64,000 nucleotides of DNA from an uncultured Pseudomonadota bacterium (lineage in GTDB: Bacteria > Oederibacteriota > Muellerivitia > Muellerivitales > Muellerivitaceae). Of the stretch, positions 1 to 10,900 are shown piece after piece (position 1 is the stretch's first letter; each line of letters opens with the position of its first letter). The stretch lies in NCBI GenBank assembly GCA_963770835.1, contig CAVYRH010000007.1:25076-89075 (forward strand), given 5' to 3'. Under the pieces are notes generated by a model that had not been told where the DNA came from, did not search any database, and worked only from the letters and a program-made list of their open reading frames with translations. The translations under genes and the position numbers were made by a program.

Positions 1-517
1 CCATAGTGATGGGCCGCCCGAAGAACTGGTCGATAAGGTATTTCTTGCTTTCCAAGTCCTCGCGCAGTTTCTCGTAAACCATGCTGCGTTCGGCCTCCTG
101 GGGGTCGCCATTGAAGACCAAATGGATGAAGACGCGCTCGATAGCACCCTGGTAGTTGAGCATCTGGCTTTTCAGCTGGAGGAAGAATTGTTCCTCCTGG
201 ATGCCCGGGGGGGCTTGGCCGAAAACCCGGTCCATTCCCACCTCCACGAGGCGCTGGAAGGGCACGCGGAATAGAATTTGTGCCTCGGACCATCGGAACT
301 GGAACAAGTAAAGGTTTTTCAGCTGGGGGTCGATGTGGAAGGCGTCCACGCCGTATTCGTTGCGGCCCCAGAAGATTTGCTGGACGGCCTTCTCGCGGGT
401 TGCTTTGAATTCCCGTTCCAAGTAGAGGAGGGCAAAGGCATTGTCAGGGACGACCTCGGGGGTTTCCTGGAAGGAAAGAAGAACGGCGTCTATATCGGCT
501 TGGGAAATGGTGACCAT
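1..517 (-). CDS. AIPR-like (abortive infection phage resistance) protein, N-terminal part; runs off the window edge
   Basis: Not in the ORF track. Hand translation from ATG 517 (GGAG upstream) gives MVTISQADIDAVLL...FWGRNEYGVDAFHIDPQLKNLYLFQFRWSE...KLREDLESKKYLIDQFFGRPITM, open to base 1. The xYGVDxFHxD...LYLFQFxWS pattern resembles AIPR N-termini as I recall them. Confidence 0.6.
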   Translation of the reverse strand, partial: MVTISQADIDAVLLSFQETPEVVPDNAFALLYLEREFKATREKAVQQIFWGRNEYGVDAFHIDPQLKNLYLFQFRWSEAQILFRVPFQRLVEVGMDRVFGQAPPGIQEEQFFLQLKSQMLNYQGAIERVFIHLVFNGDPQEAERSMVYEKLREDLESKKYLIDQFFGRPITM

Positions 518-602
518 GGAAGCTCCTAACCCAAGCCCATTATATCAACGGAAAAGGCCGATGCGACGGTGGAGAGTAAATTGTTTGGAAATGCTGAAGA
601 AT

Positions 603-1061
603 CTAGTTCTGTTTGATGGCCTGCTGGCGCAACTTTTCTGAAAGGAGGTACATCATCAGGCGGTCCATATCCTCGCGGTTCAAGGCCAATATCTTGACGC
701 CGGCGTTGTACATGGTCTTTCCTAGGTCGAAGAAAGAGCTGGAGCGGGCCACTTCAGCCAGTAAGGTTACGGCCACGTTGTATTGGGGAAGCTGAAGGGA
801 GATTTCCACGTGGTCGCCTTCGGAAAAGGGATGCTCACCGGAAATGGACAATCCACCCTCAGAGATGTCGCGGGTGACGGCGTGGTAGGCGTGGAATTTT
901 TGGGAAAGGTAGGGAAGCTGGTCGGCGGTGGTTTGGCTGTAACGGGGCTGCTGGAGTATTCCATTCTTCTCCTCCGCGTCTAAAACGCGGTAGGAAACCT
1001 TTAAGGTGGCCGCAATGCGCTCATACCGGCGTTGTTCCATCCAGCCTTTTTGCATAACCAT
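603..1061 (-). CDS. PilZ-domain c-di-GMP receptor
   Basis: EQRRYER (RxxxR) and DISEGG (DxSxxG) motifs; start moved to ATG 1061 after GAAAGG. Confidence 0.85.
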   Translation of the reverse strand: MVMQKGWMEQRRYERIAATLKVSYRVLDAEEKNGILQQPRYSQTTADQLPYLSQKFHAYHAVTRDISEGGLSISGEHPFSEGDHVEISLQLPQYNVAVTLLAEVARSSSFFDLGKTMYNAGVKILALNREDMDRLMMYLLSEKLRQQAIKQN

Positions 1062-1282
1062 AATCTTGATACCTTTCCACTTCCAAACCGGGGGGTTCAA
1101 CCCTGCCTCAAGTTTACCCCTGACTCACCCCTAGGGCAAACCACTTAAAGGGCCGGATTTAAGGGAAAATTGGCTTGCCTTGATCCTTTGGTTTGATGAG
1201 ACTGGGCTAGGAATGATTCTCAACTTTATGGATGCAGACCAAGGCTTATGGGATATGGCCCAGGCCAAAACGGACATAAATC

Positions 1283-2047
1283 ATGGATAACCTTAGAACC
1301 TACGGCCAGGCGCCTTTTACGGTGGCAGTGTTACACGGTGGGCCCGGGGTCAGCGGGGAAATGGCGCCCGTGGCCCAGGAACTCTCCGCGAAGAGGGGTG
1401 TTTTGGAGCCTCTTCAAACCAAGGCTTCGGTGGAAGGCCAAATTGAGGAATTAAAACTGGTATTGGAGGAAATGGCCTCAATCCCAGTCGTATTGGTTGG
1501 GTATTCCTGGGGAGCTTGGCTGGGTTATCTTTTGACCGTCCGGTATCCCAAACTTGTCCGAAAACTCATCCTTGTTTCCAGCGGTCCTTTCGATGAAAAA
1601 TACGCACCCCAAATCCTGAGAACCCGTCTTCAAAGGTTGAGCAAAAAAGAACGGGATGACGTGGAGTTTCTCATGGCGAGACCGGAAGACCCATTGGCCT
1701 TCGGCCTTTTAGGAGAACTTCTCGCCAAGGCGGATTTTTACGACCCCCTCCCCATGCGATCAGAGGGCTTGGAATTGAGGCCTGAGATTTACAAAAATGT
1801 CTGGAAAGAAGCCTCGGATTTAAGAAAATCCGGAAAACTCCTAAAGGAGGGCAAGTCTATCCAATGCCCTGTTGTGGCTATTCAAGGGGACCACGATCCC
1901 CATCCGGCCGAAGGGGTTCAAAAACCGTTAGCCGGGGTTCTCAAGGATTTTCGTTTTTTTCTGCTGGAAAAATGCGGCCATACCCCTTGGATGGAAAAAC
2001 AGGCCCGGGAGGAGTTCTTTCGAGTTTTGATTGGAGAACTAGATTAA
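1283..2047 (+). CDS. alpha/beta-fold hydrolase
   Basis: LHGGPG, GYSWG nucleophile elbow, GDHDP and CGHTPW triad motifs. Confidence 0.9.
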   Translation: MDNLRTYGQAPFTVAVLHGGPGVSGEMAPVAQELSAKRGVLEPLQTKASVEGQIEELKLVLEEMASIPVVLVGYSWGAWLGYLLTVRYPKLVRKLILVSSGPFDEKYAPQILRTRLQRLSKKERDDVEFLMARPEDPLAFGLLGELLAKADFYDPLPMRSEGLELRPEIYKNVWKEASDLRKSGKLLKEGKSIQCPVVAIQGDHDPHPAEGVQKPLAGVLKDFRFFLLEKCGHTPWMEKQAREEFFRVLIGELD

Positions 2048-2433
2048 AAATGTTATTTGGTTTCCAAATTAACAACGAAAGTAAGCGAAGAATTAGCAGT
2101 TTTCCGAAACAAACCGGCCATTTTTCTAGAGGCCAAATCAAACGTTTTTAGGTAAACCTTTTTAATCTAAAAATGGTTTAGTTTAACGGCCTGCTTAAAG
2201 GTTGCTTTCTACCTAACCTTCCGTTAAGCCGTTTCCTTCAATAAATCCAGGTGATAAAATTAAACCAGAGAAAGTTGAACGCGGCCTGACAGCTAATCTC
2301 CGGTTTTCGGAATTTTCAAAATTCCCAATTCGGATAAAATCTTTTTCATAATTGATGACAATGGGTTGATCCCATGGAACTTCTTCCTTCCACCACTTCG
2401 TTTTTCCTCGGCAACCATGGAAAGGCGGTAAAG

Positions 2434-2886
2434 ATGATGACCTTAACCAAAAAAAGATCCCGAAATGTTCGGGCGCTTTTGATAGAGGATAATCTTGTCG
2501 ACGCGGGTCTCACCGTCGAAGCGTTTCGAGAAACCGAATTTCCGATCGAAGTAACCCATTTTTCAGACGGCGAGGAAGCCCTGGCTTATCTTCTTCAAAA
2601 AGAAAACTTCGAAGAAGCCTCCGTTCCGGATGTCATTCTTTTGGATATTAATATGCCCCGAAAGGACGGCCATTGGGTTCTCAAAGAAATCCGGGCCAAT
2701 TCCCGACTTTCCCACATCCCCGTTGTTATCTTAACCTGCTTGAAAAATGATGAGGATATTCGACGCGCCTATGAGGGGAAGGCCAATTTCTACGTCGTAA
2801 AACCTATGGACCTGGACCAGTTACTCGAGACCGTCCGGTATCTGGAAGAGGTGTGGCTTTCACCTTTTCGTTTCGAACCAGTCTGA
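2434..2886 (+). CDS. single-domain response regulator (Rcp1-like)
   Basis: LLIEDN, ILLDINMPRKDG, ANFYVVKP; start set at ATG 2434 (ORF open from 2374). Confidence 0.9.
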   Translation: MMTLTKKRSRNVRALLIEDNLVDAGLTVEAFRETEFPIEVTHFSDGEEALAYLLQKENFEEASVPDVILLDINMPRKDGHWVLKEIRANSRLSHIPVVILTCLKNDEDIRRAYEGKANFYVVKPMDLDQLLETVRYLEEVWLSPFRFEPV

Positions 2887-2919
2887 AAGAGGAGATTTTT
2901 TTGTCGCGAGGGAAGGAAG

Positions 2920-4230
2920 GTGCAAATGGAAAAACCCTCGACTCACATTTTACTTTTGGAAGACAATCCCGGCGATGTGGGCCTCTTGAAGGAAACCCTC
3001 TCCGCCGAAACAACCTTTCCTTGCCGTATGGATATTTCATCGAAACTTTCCGACGGCCTGAAACGACTTTCCCAGGAACCTTTTGACGCCGTGGTTTTGG
3101 ACTTGTACCTGCCCGATTCATCGGGTTTGGAAACCCTCAATCAAGTCCATCACGCCGTGCCCCAGATCCCAATCGTCGTTCTCACGGGTTTGAGCAACCC
3201 GGAAACGGCCACGGAGGCCATGCGCGAGGGAGCTGAGGACTTCCTTTCCAAGGACGACTTGAGCGGTCCCTTGTTCGTCAGGACGATCCGCTACGCCTTA
3301 GAACGCCATAAGCTGCTCATGAACCTCCAGGAAAAGGAAGAGCGTTATTTCTTGGCCGCTGAGGGGGCTAACGATGGGCTTTGGGATTGGGATTTGAAAT
3401 CCAACAAGGCCTATTTTTCCACCCGCTGGAAACTCATACTCGGTTTTTCGGAAAATGAAATTGGGGACAACCCGAATGAATGGTTGTTGCGGGTTCATCC
3501 CCAGGATTTGGAAAAGGTCAAACGGGATTTGGCAAAGCACTTTTTAAAAGAGACTTCCCATTACACCAACGAGCATCGTTTGAGGCATAAAGATGGGCGT
3601 TATCGTTGGGTTTTGAGCCGCGGACAGGCAACCATTGATCCGACGGGGCACGCTTCCCGCATCGCCGGTTCTTTCACCGATATCACCCGGCACCGGAACC
3701 TGGAACAGGAGTTGGCCTTGCGGGCCTTTTATGATCCCTTGACCGGGCTACCCAACCGCACTTTTTTCATGGAGAGCTTGGACCGGGCCTTTTCGCGGCT
3801 CAATCGCCGGCCCTCCGTCCTGTTTGCATTGTTTTTCCTGGATATGGACCGCTTGAAGTTCGTCAACGACAACTTGGGGCACCAGGCCGGGGATCACTTT
3901 TTGATCGAGTTTGCCCGGAGGCTTAAGTTTTGCGTAAGGCCCAGTGACACAGTCGCACGCATGGGCGGGGATGAGTTCACGGTGCTTTTAGAAGACCTCC
4001 ACGGCACCCAGGAAGCCATTGAAGTGGCCGATCGAATCCTCGAATCCCTGAAGGAACCCTTACAACTGGGGGGAACAACAGCCTCGACCTCCGCCAGCAT
4101 TGGAATCGCCTTTTCCGATTGCGGTAAAAAAGACGTTGATGGAATTCTCCAGGCCGCCGATTCCGCAATGTATCAGGCGAAATCGGAGGGAAAAGCCAGG
4201 TATAGGATCTTTAGGATGGGAAAAGAATGA
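2920..4230 (+). CDS. REC-PAS-GGDEF diguanylate cyclase
   Basis: N-terminal receiver, GANDGLWDWD PAS/PAC, DPLTGLPNR, RPSD I-site five residues before an intact GGDEF. Confidence 0.92.
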   Translation: MQMEKPSTHILLLEDNPGDVGLLKETLSAETTFPCRMDISSKLSDGLKRLSQEPFDAVVLDLYLPDSSGLETLNQVHHAVPQIPIVVLTGLSNPETATEAMREGAEDFLSKDDLSGPLFVRTIRYALERHKLLMNLQEKEERYFLAAEGANDGLWDWDLKSNKAYFSTRWKLILGFSENEIGDNPNEWLLRVHPQDLEKVKRDLAKHFLKETSHYTNEHRLRHKDGRYRWVLSRGQATIDPTGHASRIAGSFTDITRHRNLEQELALRAFYDPLTGLPNRTFFMESLDRAFSRLNRRPSVLFALFFLDMDRLKFVNDNLGHQAGDHFLIEFARRLKFCVRPSDTVARMGGDEFTVLLEDLHGTQEAIEVADRILESLKEPLQLGGTTASTSASIGIAFSDCGKKDVDGILQAADSAMYQAKSEGKARYRIFRMGKE

Positions 4231-6692
4231 CCGCTAGTAACCCGTCCAATCTGCGACAGGCGTTTAAAATTTTGGGCTTGGCTCTCTTATATTTCATCGC
4301 CGCCAAATGGGGCCTGTTGATGGCGATTGTCCAGTCCAACGCAACAGCCATTTGGCCGCCGACGGGGATCGCTTTGGCAGCCCTCCTAGTGGGGGGGCGC
4401 CGTCTTTGGCCTGGAATTTTTCTGGGTGCTTTCGCGGCGAACCTTTCGACCGCCGGAACCATTTGGACCTCCTTGGGAATTGGGGCGGGAAATACCCTAG
4501 AGGCGCTTGTGGGATCGACCTTGGTCATCCACTTTGCCGGGGGGCGGGAAGCGCTTCTAAAATCCGCCAATCTTTTCAAATTCGCCTTCCTGGGGGGGCT
4601 GATGGCTCCGCTGGTGAGCGCTACTGTGGGGGTCGGTACCCTGGCGCTGGCCGGCATGACGGGTCCGGCTTCTTTTCGGGCCGTGTGGATGACCTGGTGG
4701 CTGGGTGACATCGGTGGTGCCCTCCTTTTCGCCCCCCCGATCCTTTTGTGGCCACAAGGATGGAATTGGAAAGTCAATGCCCGCCGTTTCCTGGAAGGGG
4801 CCTTCCTAACAATGTTTCTCCTGCTGGCCGCCTGGGTTTTGTACGGCGGTAAGACACTTCTCTCCACTGAAAACGCCAATGCTGAATTTCTCTTTTTACC
4901 GTTGTTTTTGTGGGTGGCCATACGGTTCGGCCCCTTTCCGTCCTGCTTGGCGGTGATGTTCATCAGCCTAGCTTCCATCCGAGGAACCCTTATCGGCCTG
5001 GGCCCTTTTCATGCGGCCACCCTGAACCAATCCCTTTTATTACTCCAAAGCTTCATGGGCGTGACCAGTTTGACCATCCTGGCGCTGGCTTCCGGCATAG
5101 CCGAACGAAAGCAAGCCGAGGAAGGCCTCCGGACTTCCCAGTCCGATCTCCAATTGCGGGTTCTCGAGCGAACGGAGGAACTGACGCGGATAAATCGGGA
5201 GTTGAAAAAGAAAAGCTACGAAATGGAAAACAGCGAGAAATACTTCAGGGCCCTTATCGAGAACGCCTTGGACATTGTGACCATCCTGGACGGAAGGGGA
5301 ACTATCCTTTTCGAGAGCCCCTCCATCAAACGCGTCCTTGGCTACGGATCCACCGAACTTAACGGGATGAATACCTTTAGCTTGGTCCACCCCGAGGATT
5401 TGCCCCGGGTCCAGGAAGCCTTCGGGGGAGTTTTGGAAGGCCCCGGAAATATCCGTTCCGTCAAATTCCGTTTCAGGCACAAGGATGGTTCCTGGCGCAA
5501 CTTGGAATCCATCGGTACCAACCTTATTTCGGATGAGGCCATCCAAGGGGTGGTGGTCAATTCCCGCGACATTACCCTTGAGGAAGAAGCCCAAAGGGCC
5601 CTGGCGGAAAGGGAGGAGAGGCTCCGTTTGTTGGTTGAAACCGTGCAGGATTACGCCATCATTCTCCTGAACCCTGAGGGCCGGGTGGAAAGTTGGAATG
5701 TGGGAGCGCAACGAATCGAAGGTTATGAAGCCCGGGAGATTATTGGAAAGCATTTTTCTTATTTTTATCCTCCAGAAGTAGTGAAGGAGGGGAAGCCTGA
5801 AAAACTCCTGGATCAGGCTGTTCAAATGGGCCGTGTGGAAGACGAAGGCTGGCGGGTACGTAAAGATGGCTCGAGATTTTGGGCCGATACCATCCTCACG
5901 GTCTTAAAAGATAATAAGGGACAATTGATGGGGTTCGCCAAGATTACCCGTGACATGACCCAACGCAAACAAATGGAGGAACTTGCCCGATCCAACCAGG
6001 AATTGGAACAATTCGCCTACGTGGCCTCCCACGACCTGCAAGAACCCTTAAGGATGGTCACCAGCTACGTCCAGCTCCTGGCGCATAAGTACGGGAATAA
6101 GTTGGACAGGGAGGCCGATAGTTATATTCAACAGGCCGTGGACGGTGCCAAACGGATGCAGGCCCTCATCAACGACCTTTTGGCCTATTCCCGGGTGGGG
6201 AACCAGCGGCGGTCTTTCGATCGAGTGGATTTCGAGGAGGTGTTGGCTGGTGCCCTCCGGAACCTGGAGACGACCTTGAAAGAAACCGGCGCCCGCGTGA
6301 CCCATGGACTCCTGCCAACCGTAGTAGGCGATTTTCCCCAGTTCCTCCAGCTTCTCCAAAACCTTATCGGGAACTCCCTTAAGTTCAGGGGAAAGAACGT
6401 TCCGGCCGTCCACGTGGATGTTGTTCGAAAGGGGGAGGAGTGGGTCTTTTCGGTCCGGGACAACGGCATTGGAATCGATCCCAAGTACAGCGAGCGAATT
6501 TTTGAGGTTTTCAAGCGTTTACATACCCGGTCCGAATATCCGGGAACGGGAATCGGACTGGCGATCTGCCGGAAAGTCGTCACTCAATATGGGGGGCGTA
6601 TCTGGATTGAATCCAAAGAAGGAGAGGGAGCCACTGTTTATTGGACCCTTCCGGTACCGAAAGGAGCATCCCTTGAATCGAGATCCGTTTAA
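4227..6692 (+). CDS. MASE1-PAS-PAS sensor histidine kinase
   Basis: IWPPTGIALA membrane domain, two PAS domains, H-box FAYVASHDLQEPLR, DNGIGI and GTGIGLAIC boxes; ATGA overlap with the upstream gene. Confidence 0.92.
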   Translation: MTASNPSNLRQAFKILGLALLYFIAAKWGLLMAIVQSNATAIWPPTGIALAALLVGGRRLWPGIFLGAFAANLSTAGTIWTSLGIGAGNTLEALVGSTLVIHFAGGREALLKSANLFKFAFLGGLMAPLVSATVGVGTLALAGMTGPASFRAVWMTWWLGDIGGALLFAPPILLWPQGWNWKVNARRFLEGAFLTMFLLLAAWVLYGGKTLLSTENANAEFLFLPLFLWVAIRFGPFPSCLAVMFISLASIRGTLIGLGPFHAATLNQSLLLLQSFMGVTSLTILALASGIAERKQAEEGLRTSQSDLQLRVLERTEELTRINRELKKKSYEMENSEKYFRALIENALDIVTILDGRGTILFESPSIKRVLGYGSTELNGMNTFSLVHPEDLPRVQEAFGGVLEGPGNIRSVKFRFRHKDGSWRNLESIGTNLISDEAIQGVVVNSRDITLEEEAQRALAEREERLRLLVETVQDYAIILLNPEGRVESWNVGAQRIEGYEAREIIGKHFSYFYPPEVVKEGKPEKLLDQAVQMGRVEDEGWRVRKDGSRFWADTILTVLKDNKGQLMGFAKITRDMTQRKQMEELARSNQELEQFAYVASHDLQEPLRMVTSYVQLLAHKYGNKLDREADSYIQQAVDGAKRMQALINDLLAYSRVGNQRRSFDRVDFEEVLAGALRNLETTLKETGARVTHGLLPTVVGDFPQFLQLLQNLIGNSLKFRGKNVPAVHVDVVRKGEEWVFSVRDNGIGIDPKYSERIFEVFKRLHTRSEYPGTGIGLAICRKVVTQYGGRIWIESKEGEGATVYWTLPVPKGASLESRSV

Positions 6693-7155
6693 TGATGTCC
6701 GGATTCTGGCTGTGGAGGACAATATGGGGGACGTAGTGCTTTTAACCGAGGCTTTCAAGGAAAGTCAAATCAAGGCGAAGATGAAAGTGGTGACCACCGG
6801 CGAAGAAGCGATGGATTACCTCAAGGGGGGTGAAAAACGCGGGGACGATCCGATGCCGGACCTCATTTTGCTGGATCTTAACCTTCCTCGGATGGATGGA
6901 AGGGCTCTTCTGAGGCGGTTGAAAAGCGACCCTGTGCTTAAATCGCTCCCCATCATCGTTTTAAGCAGCTCCAGCTTGGAAACGGATATTCGCGAAGTTT
7001 ACGACATGAACGCGAACTGTTATATTGTCAAGCCGTCCGATTTGGAGGGCTTTTTCAAGGTGGCGAAAAGCTTGAAGGAGTTTTGGCTTTCCCAAGTACG
7101 GCTACCTCTTCATACACAACCCGTAAGATGGCAAAAAGAAGAAGGAGGAGAATAA
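6673..7155 (+). CDS. single-domain response regulator (Rcp1-like)
   Basis: TTG 6673 after AAGGAG; ILAVEDN, ILLDLNLPRMDG, ANCYIVKP. Confidence 0.9.
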   Translation: MNRDPFNDVRILAVEDNMGDVVLLTEAFKESQIKAKMKVVTTGEEAMDYLKGGEKRGDDPMPDLILLDLNLPRMDGRALLRRLKSDPVLKSLPIIVLSSSSLETDIREVYDMNANCYIVKPSDLEGFFKVAKSLKEFWLSQVRLPLHTQPVRWQKEEGGE

Positions 7156-7611
7156 ATGGCGCTGAGACCAAAAGTCGCCGGGCGTATTCTGGAAGTCCTT
7201 CATATCGAAGATAACCTGGGTGATGTAGTGCTTCTGAAAAAAGCCGTGAAAGAAGCCGGCTTTCCCATGCATTTAAGCACCGTTGGCGATTGGGAAGAGG
7301 CTTTGATGTTCCTGGGCCGGCAGGGGCGTTACACCCAAAGCCCAAAGCCGGATGTTCTTCTACTGGACTTGAACCTGCCGAAAAAAGATGGAATGACCAT
7401 TCTGGTCGAGATCCGGCAAAATCCGGATTGGAAAAGCCTGCCGGTCATCATTTTAACGAGCTCGGAGAGCGATTTGGACCGGGACTGGGCTGACCGGCTT
7501 AATGTCAGCCATTTTGTCACCAAACCCATGGATCCAAACCAATATGGAGAATTATTGAGGCATCTAAAAGAATTTTGGATAAAAAGTTTTCGAACACATC
7601 GAAAGATATAG
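7156..7611 (+). CDS. single-domain response regulator (Rcp1-like)
   Basis: HIEDN, LLLDLNLPKKDG, FVTKP; GGAGGAG RBS. Confidence 0.9.
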   Translation: MALRPKVAGRILEVLHIEDNLGDVVLLKKAVKEAGFPMHLSTVGDWEEALMFLGRQGRYTQSPKPDVLLLDLNLPKKDGMTILVEIRQNPDWKSLPVIILTSSESDLDRDWADRLNVSHFVTKPMDPNQYGELLRHLKEFWIKSFRTHRKI

Positions 7612-7998
7612 GCTAAAAACCCGCCAAAAGATTGAATGACTCAAACTAATTATTCGTAATGAACGTTTTTTAGCTGTTTTTGGTACCTTCGCTGATAGCG
7701 CCTAATGTTTTCTCGGCTCCCACCTGAAAAAAGACCATTATTCGAAGAGATTAAAATTTCCACTCGAATACTGGGTTTTCCCAAACTCAAAATGACACAC
7801 CCCACTTGAATTTCGAAAATTCCGGTTTTTAAACTATAGAGGGGAGTTTATCCTCTAGTTAAATCGATTCCTTTAAAGCCGGTGCACTGGCTTCGAAAAA
7901 ATAAAAAATAAAACTTAAAGCTGAAATTCTTCGCCTGAGCGCCTTCAGGCCAGGTTGTCTTCGCATCATAGATGATTTATTTTTTTAAGGAGGCCGTG

Positions 7999-10900
7999 AT
8001 GGACACCGGTGTCTTGGAACAGGAACTTGACAGCCAAAAACTGATTCTGGCTTTGAACGCCCTTAAAAACGGGGATTTTTCCGTCCGCCTTCCGAACGAC
8101 TGGACGGGAAAGGCAGGGAAAATCGCCGACACTTTCAACCAGGTGGTGGAACGCAACCAAAAAATGGCCCGGGAACTGGAGCGGCTCGGACTGGAAGTCG
8201 GGGTCGAGGGGAAAATCGACCAGAGGGCGAACATCGGCGAGTTTACCGGATCTTGGGCCGGAATGGTTTCTTCCGTCAACACCCTGGTGGAGGAATTGGT
8301 CCGCCCCACCAGCGAGATGTCCCGTGTCATCGGGGCCGTCGCCAAGGGGGACCTTTCCCAGACCGCGATGTTGGAATTGGGCGACAGGCCCCTCAAGGGG
8401 GAGTTTTTTAAGACGGCGAAGACCGTCAATACGATGGTGGACCTGCTGAATTCCTTCACCTCGGAGGTCACGCGCGTGGCCCGTGAGGTGGGGACCGAGG
8501 GGAAACTCGGCGGCCAAGCCACGGTCAAGGGCTTGGTGGGCATCTGGAAAGACCTCACCGACAACGTCAATTCCATGGCCAGCAACTTGACCGGCCAAGT
8601 GCGCAACATCGCCGAAGTCACCATCGCGGTGGCCAATGGCGACCTTTCGAAAAAAATCACCGTGGACGTGCGCGGCGAAATCCTACAGTTGAAGGAAACC
8701 ATCAACACCATGGTGGACCAGCTGCGCTCCTTCGCCTCCGAGGTCACCCGTGTGGCCCGTGAGGTGGGGACCGAGGGGAAACTCGGCGGCCAAGCCATCG
8801 TTCCGGGCGTGGCCGGAACTTGGAGAGACCTCACCGACAACGTCAATTCCATGGCCAGCAACTTGACCGGCCAAGTGCGCAATATCGCCGAGGTCACCAC
8901 CGCCGTGGCGCGGGGCGATCTTTCCCGGAAAATCACCGTGGACGTGCGCGGGGAAATCCTGGAGTTGAAGGACACCATCAACACCATGGTCGACCAGCTC
9001 AACAGTTTCGCGGGCGAGGTGACCCGCGTCGCGCGCGAAGTGGGGACTGAGGGAAAATTGGGCGGACAAGCCCAAGTGCCGGGCGTGGGGGGCACCTGGA
9101 AGGACTTGACCGACAGCGTCAATATCATGGCCGGAAACCTGACCGGCCAAGTCCGCAATATCGCCGATGTCACCATCGCGGTGGCCAATGGCGACCTTTC
9201 CAAGAAGATCACCGCCGATGTGCGGGGCGAAATCCTTCAATTGAAAGAAACGATCAACACCATGGTGGACCAATTGCGGTCCTTCGCCTCCGAGGTGACC
9301 CGCGTGGCCCGTGAGGTGGGGACCGAAGGGAAGCTGGGCGGGCAGGCTATTGTTCCCGGCGTGGCCGGAACCTGGAAAGACCTGACCGATAATGTGAATT
9401 TCATGGCCGGCAACCTGACCAGCCAGGTGCGCAATATCGCGGACGTCACCACTGCCGTGGCCAAAGGCGACCTTTCCCGCAAAATTACGGTGGACGTCAA
9501 GGGCGAAATTTTGGAGCTCAAAAACACCATTAATACCATGGTGGACCAACTTTCCTCCTTCGCCTCCGAGGTCACCCGCGTGGCCCGTGAGGTGGGAACC
9601 GAGGGAAAACTGGGCGGCCAGGCCCAAGTGCCCGGCGTTGCCGGAACCTGGAAAGACCTGACCGACAACGTGAATTTCATGGCTGGCAACCTGACCAGCC
9701 AGGTGCGTAACATCGCCGCGGTCACCACGGCCGTGGCCAAAGGGGACCTGTCCAAGAAAATCACCGTGGACGTGCGCGGCGAAATCCTGGAGCTGAAGGA
9801 CACCATCAACACCATGGTGGACCAGCTCAACGGCTTCGCCGGCGAGGTGACCCGCGTCGCGCGCGAAGTGGGGACCGAGGGGAAACTGGGGGGCCAGGCG
9901 CAGGTGCCCGGCGTGGGAGGAACCTGGAAGGACCTGACCGACAGTGTCAATTTCATGGCCAGTAACTTGACAGCCCAAGTGCGCAATATCGCCGACGTGA
10001 CCACCGCGGTGGCCAAGGGGGACCTCTCCAAGAAAATCACCGCCGACGTGCGCGGCGAAATCCTGCAGTTGAAGGAAACCATCAATACCATGGTGGACCA
10101 GCTTTCCTCCTTCGCCTCCGAGGTCACCCGCGTGGCCCGCGAGGTAGGAACCGAGGGAAAACTGGGCGGCCAGGCGCAAGTGCCCGGCGTAGCCGGGACA
10201 TGGAAGGACCTGACCGACAGCGTCAATTTGATGGCTTCCAATTTGACCGACCAGGTCCGGAACATCGCCGACGTGACCACCGCCGTGGCCCGGGGCGACC
10301 TTTCCCGCAAGATTACGGTGGACGTTAAGGGCGAAATTTTCGAGCTCAAAAACACCATCAATATCATGGTCGACCAGCTTTCCTCCTTCGCCTCTGAGGT
10401 CACGCGGGTCGCCCGCGAGGTCGGCACGGAGGGAAAACTGGGCGGCCAGGCGCAGGTGCCCGGCGTGGGCGGCACCTGGAAGGACCTGACCGATAACGTC
10501 AACTTCATGGCGGGGAACCTGACCAGCCAGGTGCGCAACATCGCGGCGGTCACCACCGCCGTGGCCAGGGGAGACCTTTCCAAGAAAATTACGGTGGACG
10601 TCAAGGGCGAGATTTTGGAATTAAAGGACACCATCAACACCATGGTGGGCCAGCTTTCCTCCTTCGCCTCCGAAGTGACCCGCGTGGCCCGCGAGGTGGG
10701 GACGGAAGGGAAACTGGGGGGCCAGGCGCAGGTACCGGGCGTCTCGGGCACATGGAAGGACCTGACCGACAACGTCAACCTGATGGCCGCCAACCTGACC
10801 GACCAGGTACGCGGCATCGCCAAGGTCGTGACCGCCGTCGCCAACGGCGACCTGACCAAGAAACTCGTCATGGCCGCCAAGGGCGAGATTGCCGCCCTGA

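Noticed and set aside
2262-2306. CTGACAGCTAATCTCC resembling the 3' part of a ydaO (c-di-AMP) riboswitch
   Set aside because: The 5' conserved elements are absent; the segment is explained by one imperfect hairpin (AAACCAGAGA..TCTCCGGTTT).
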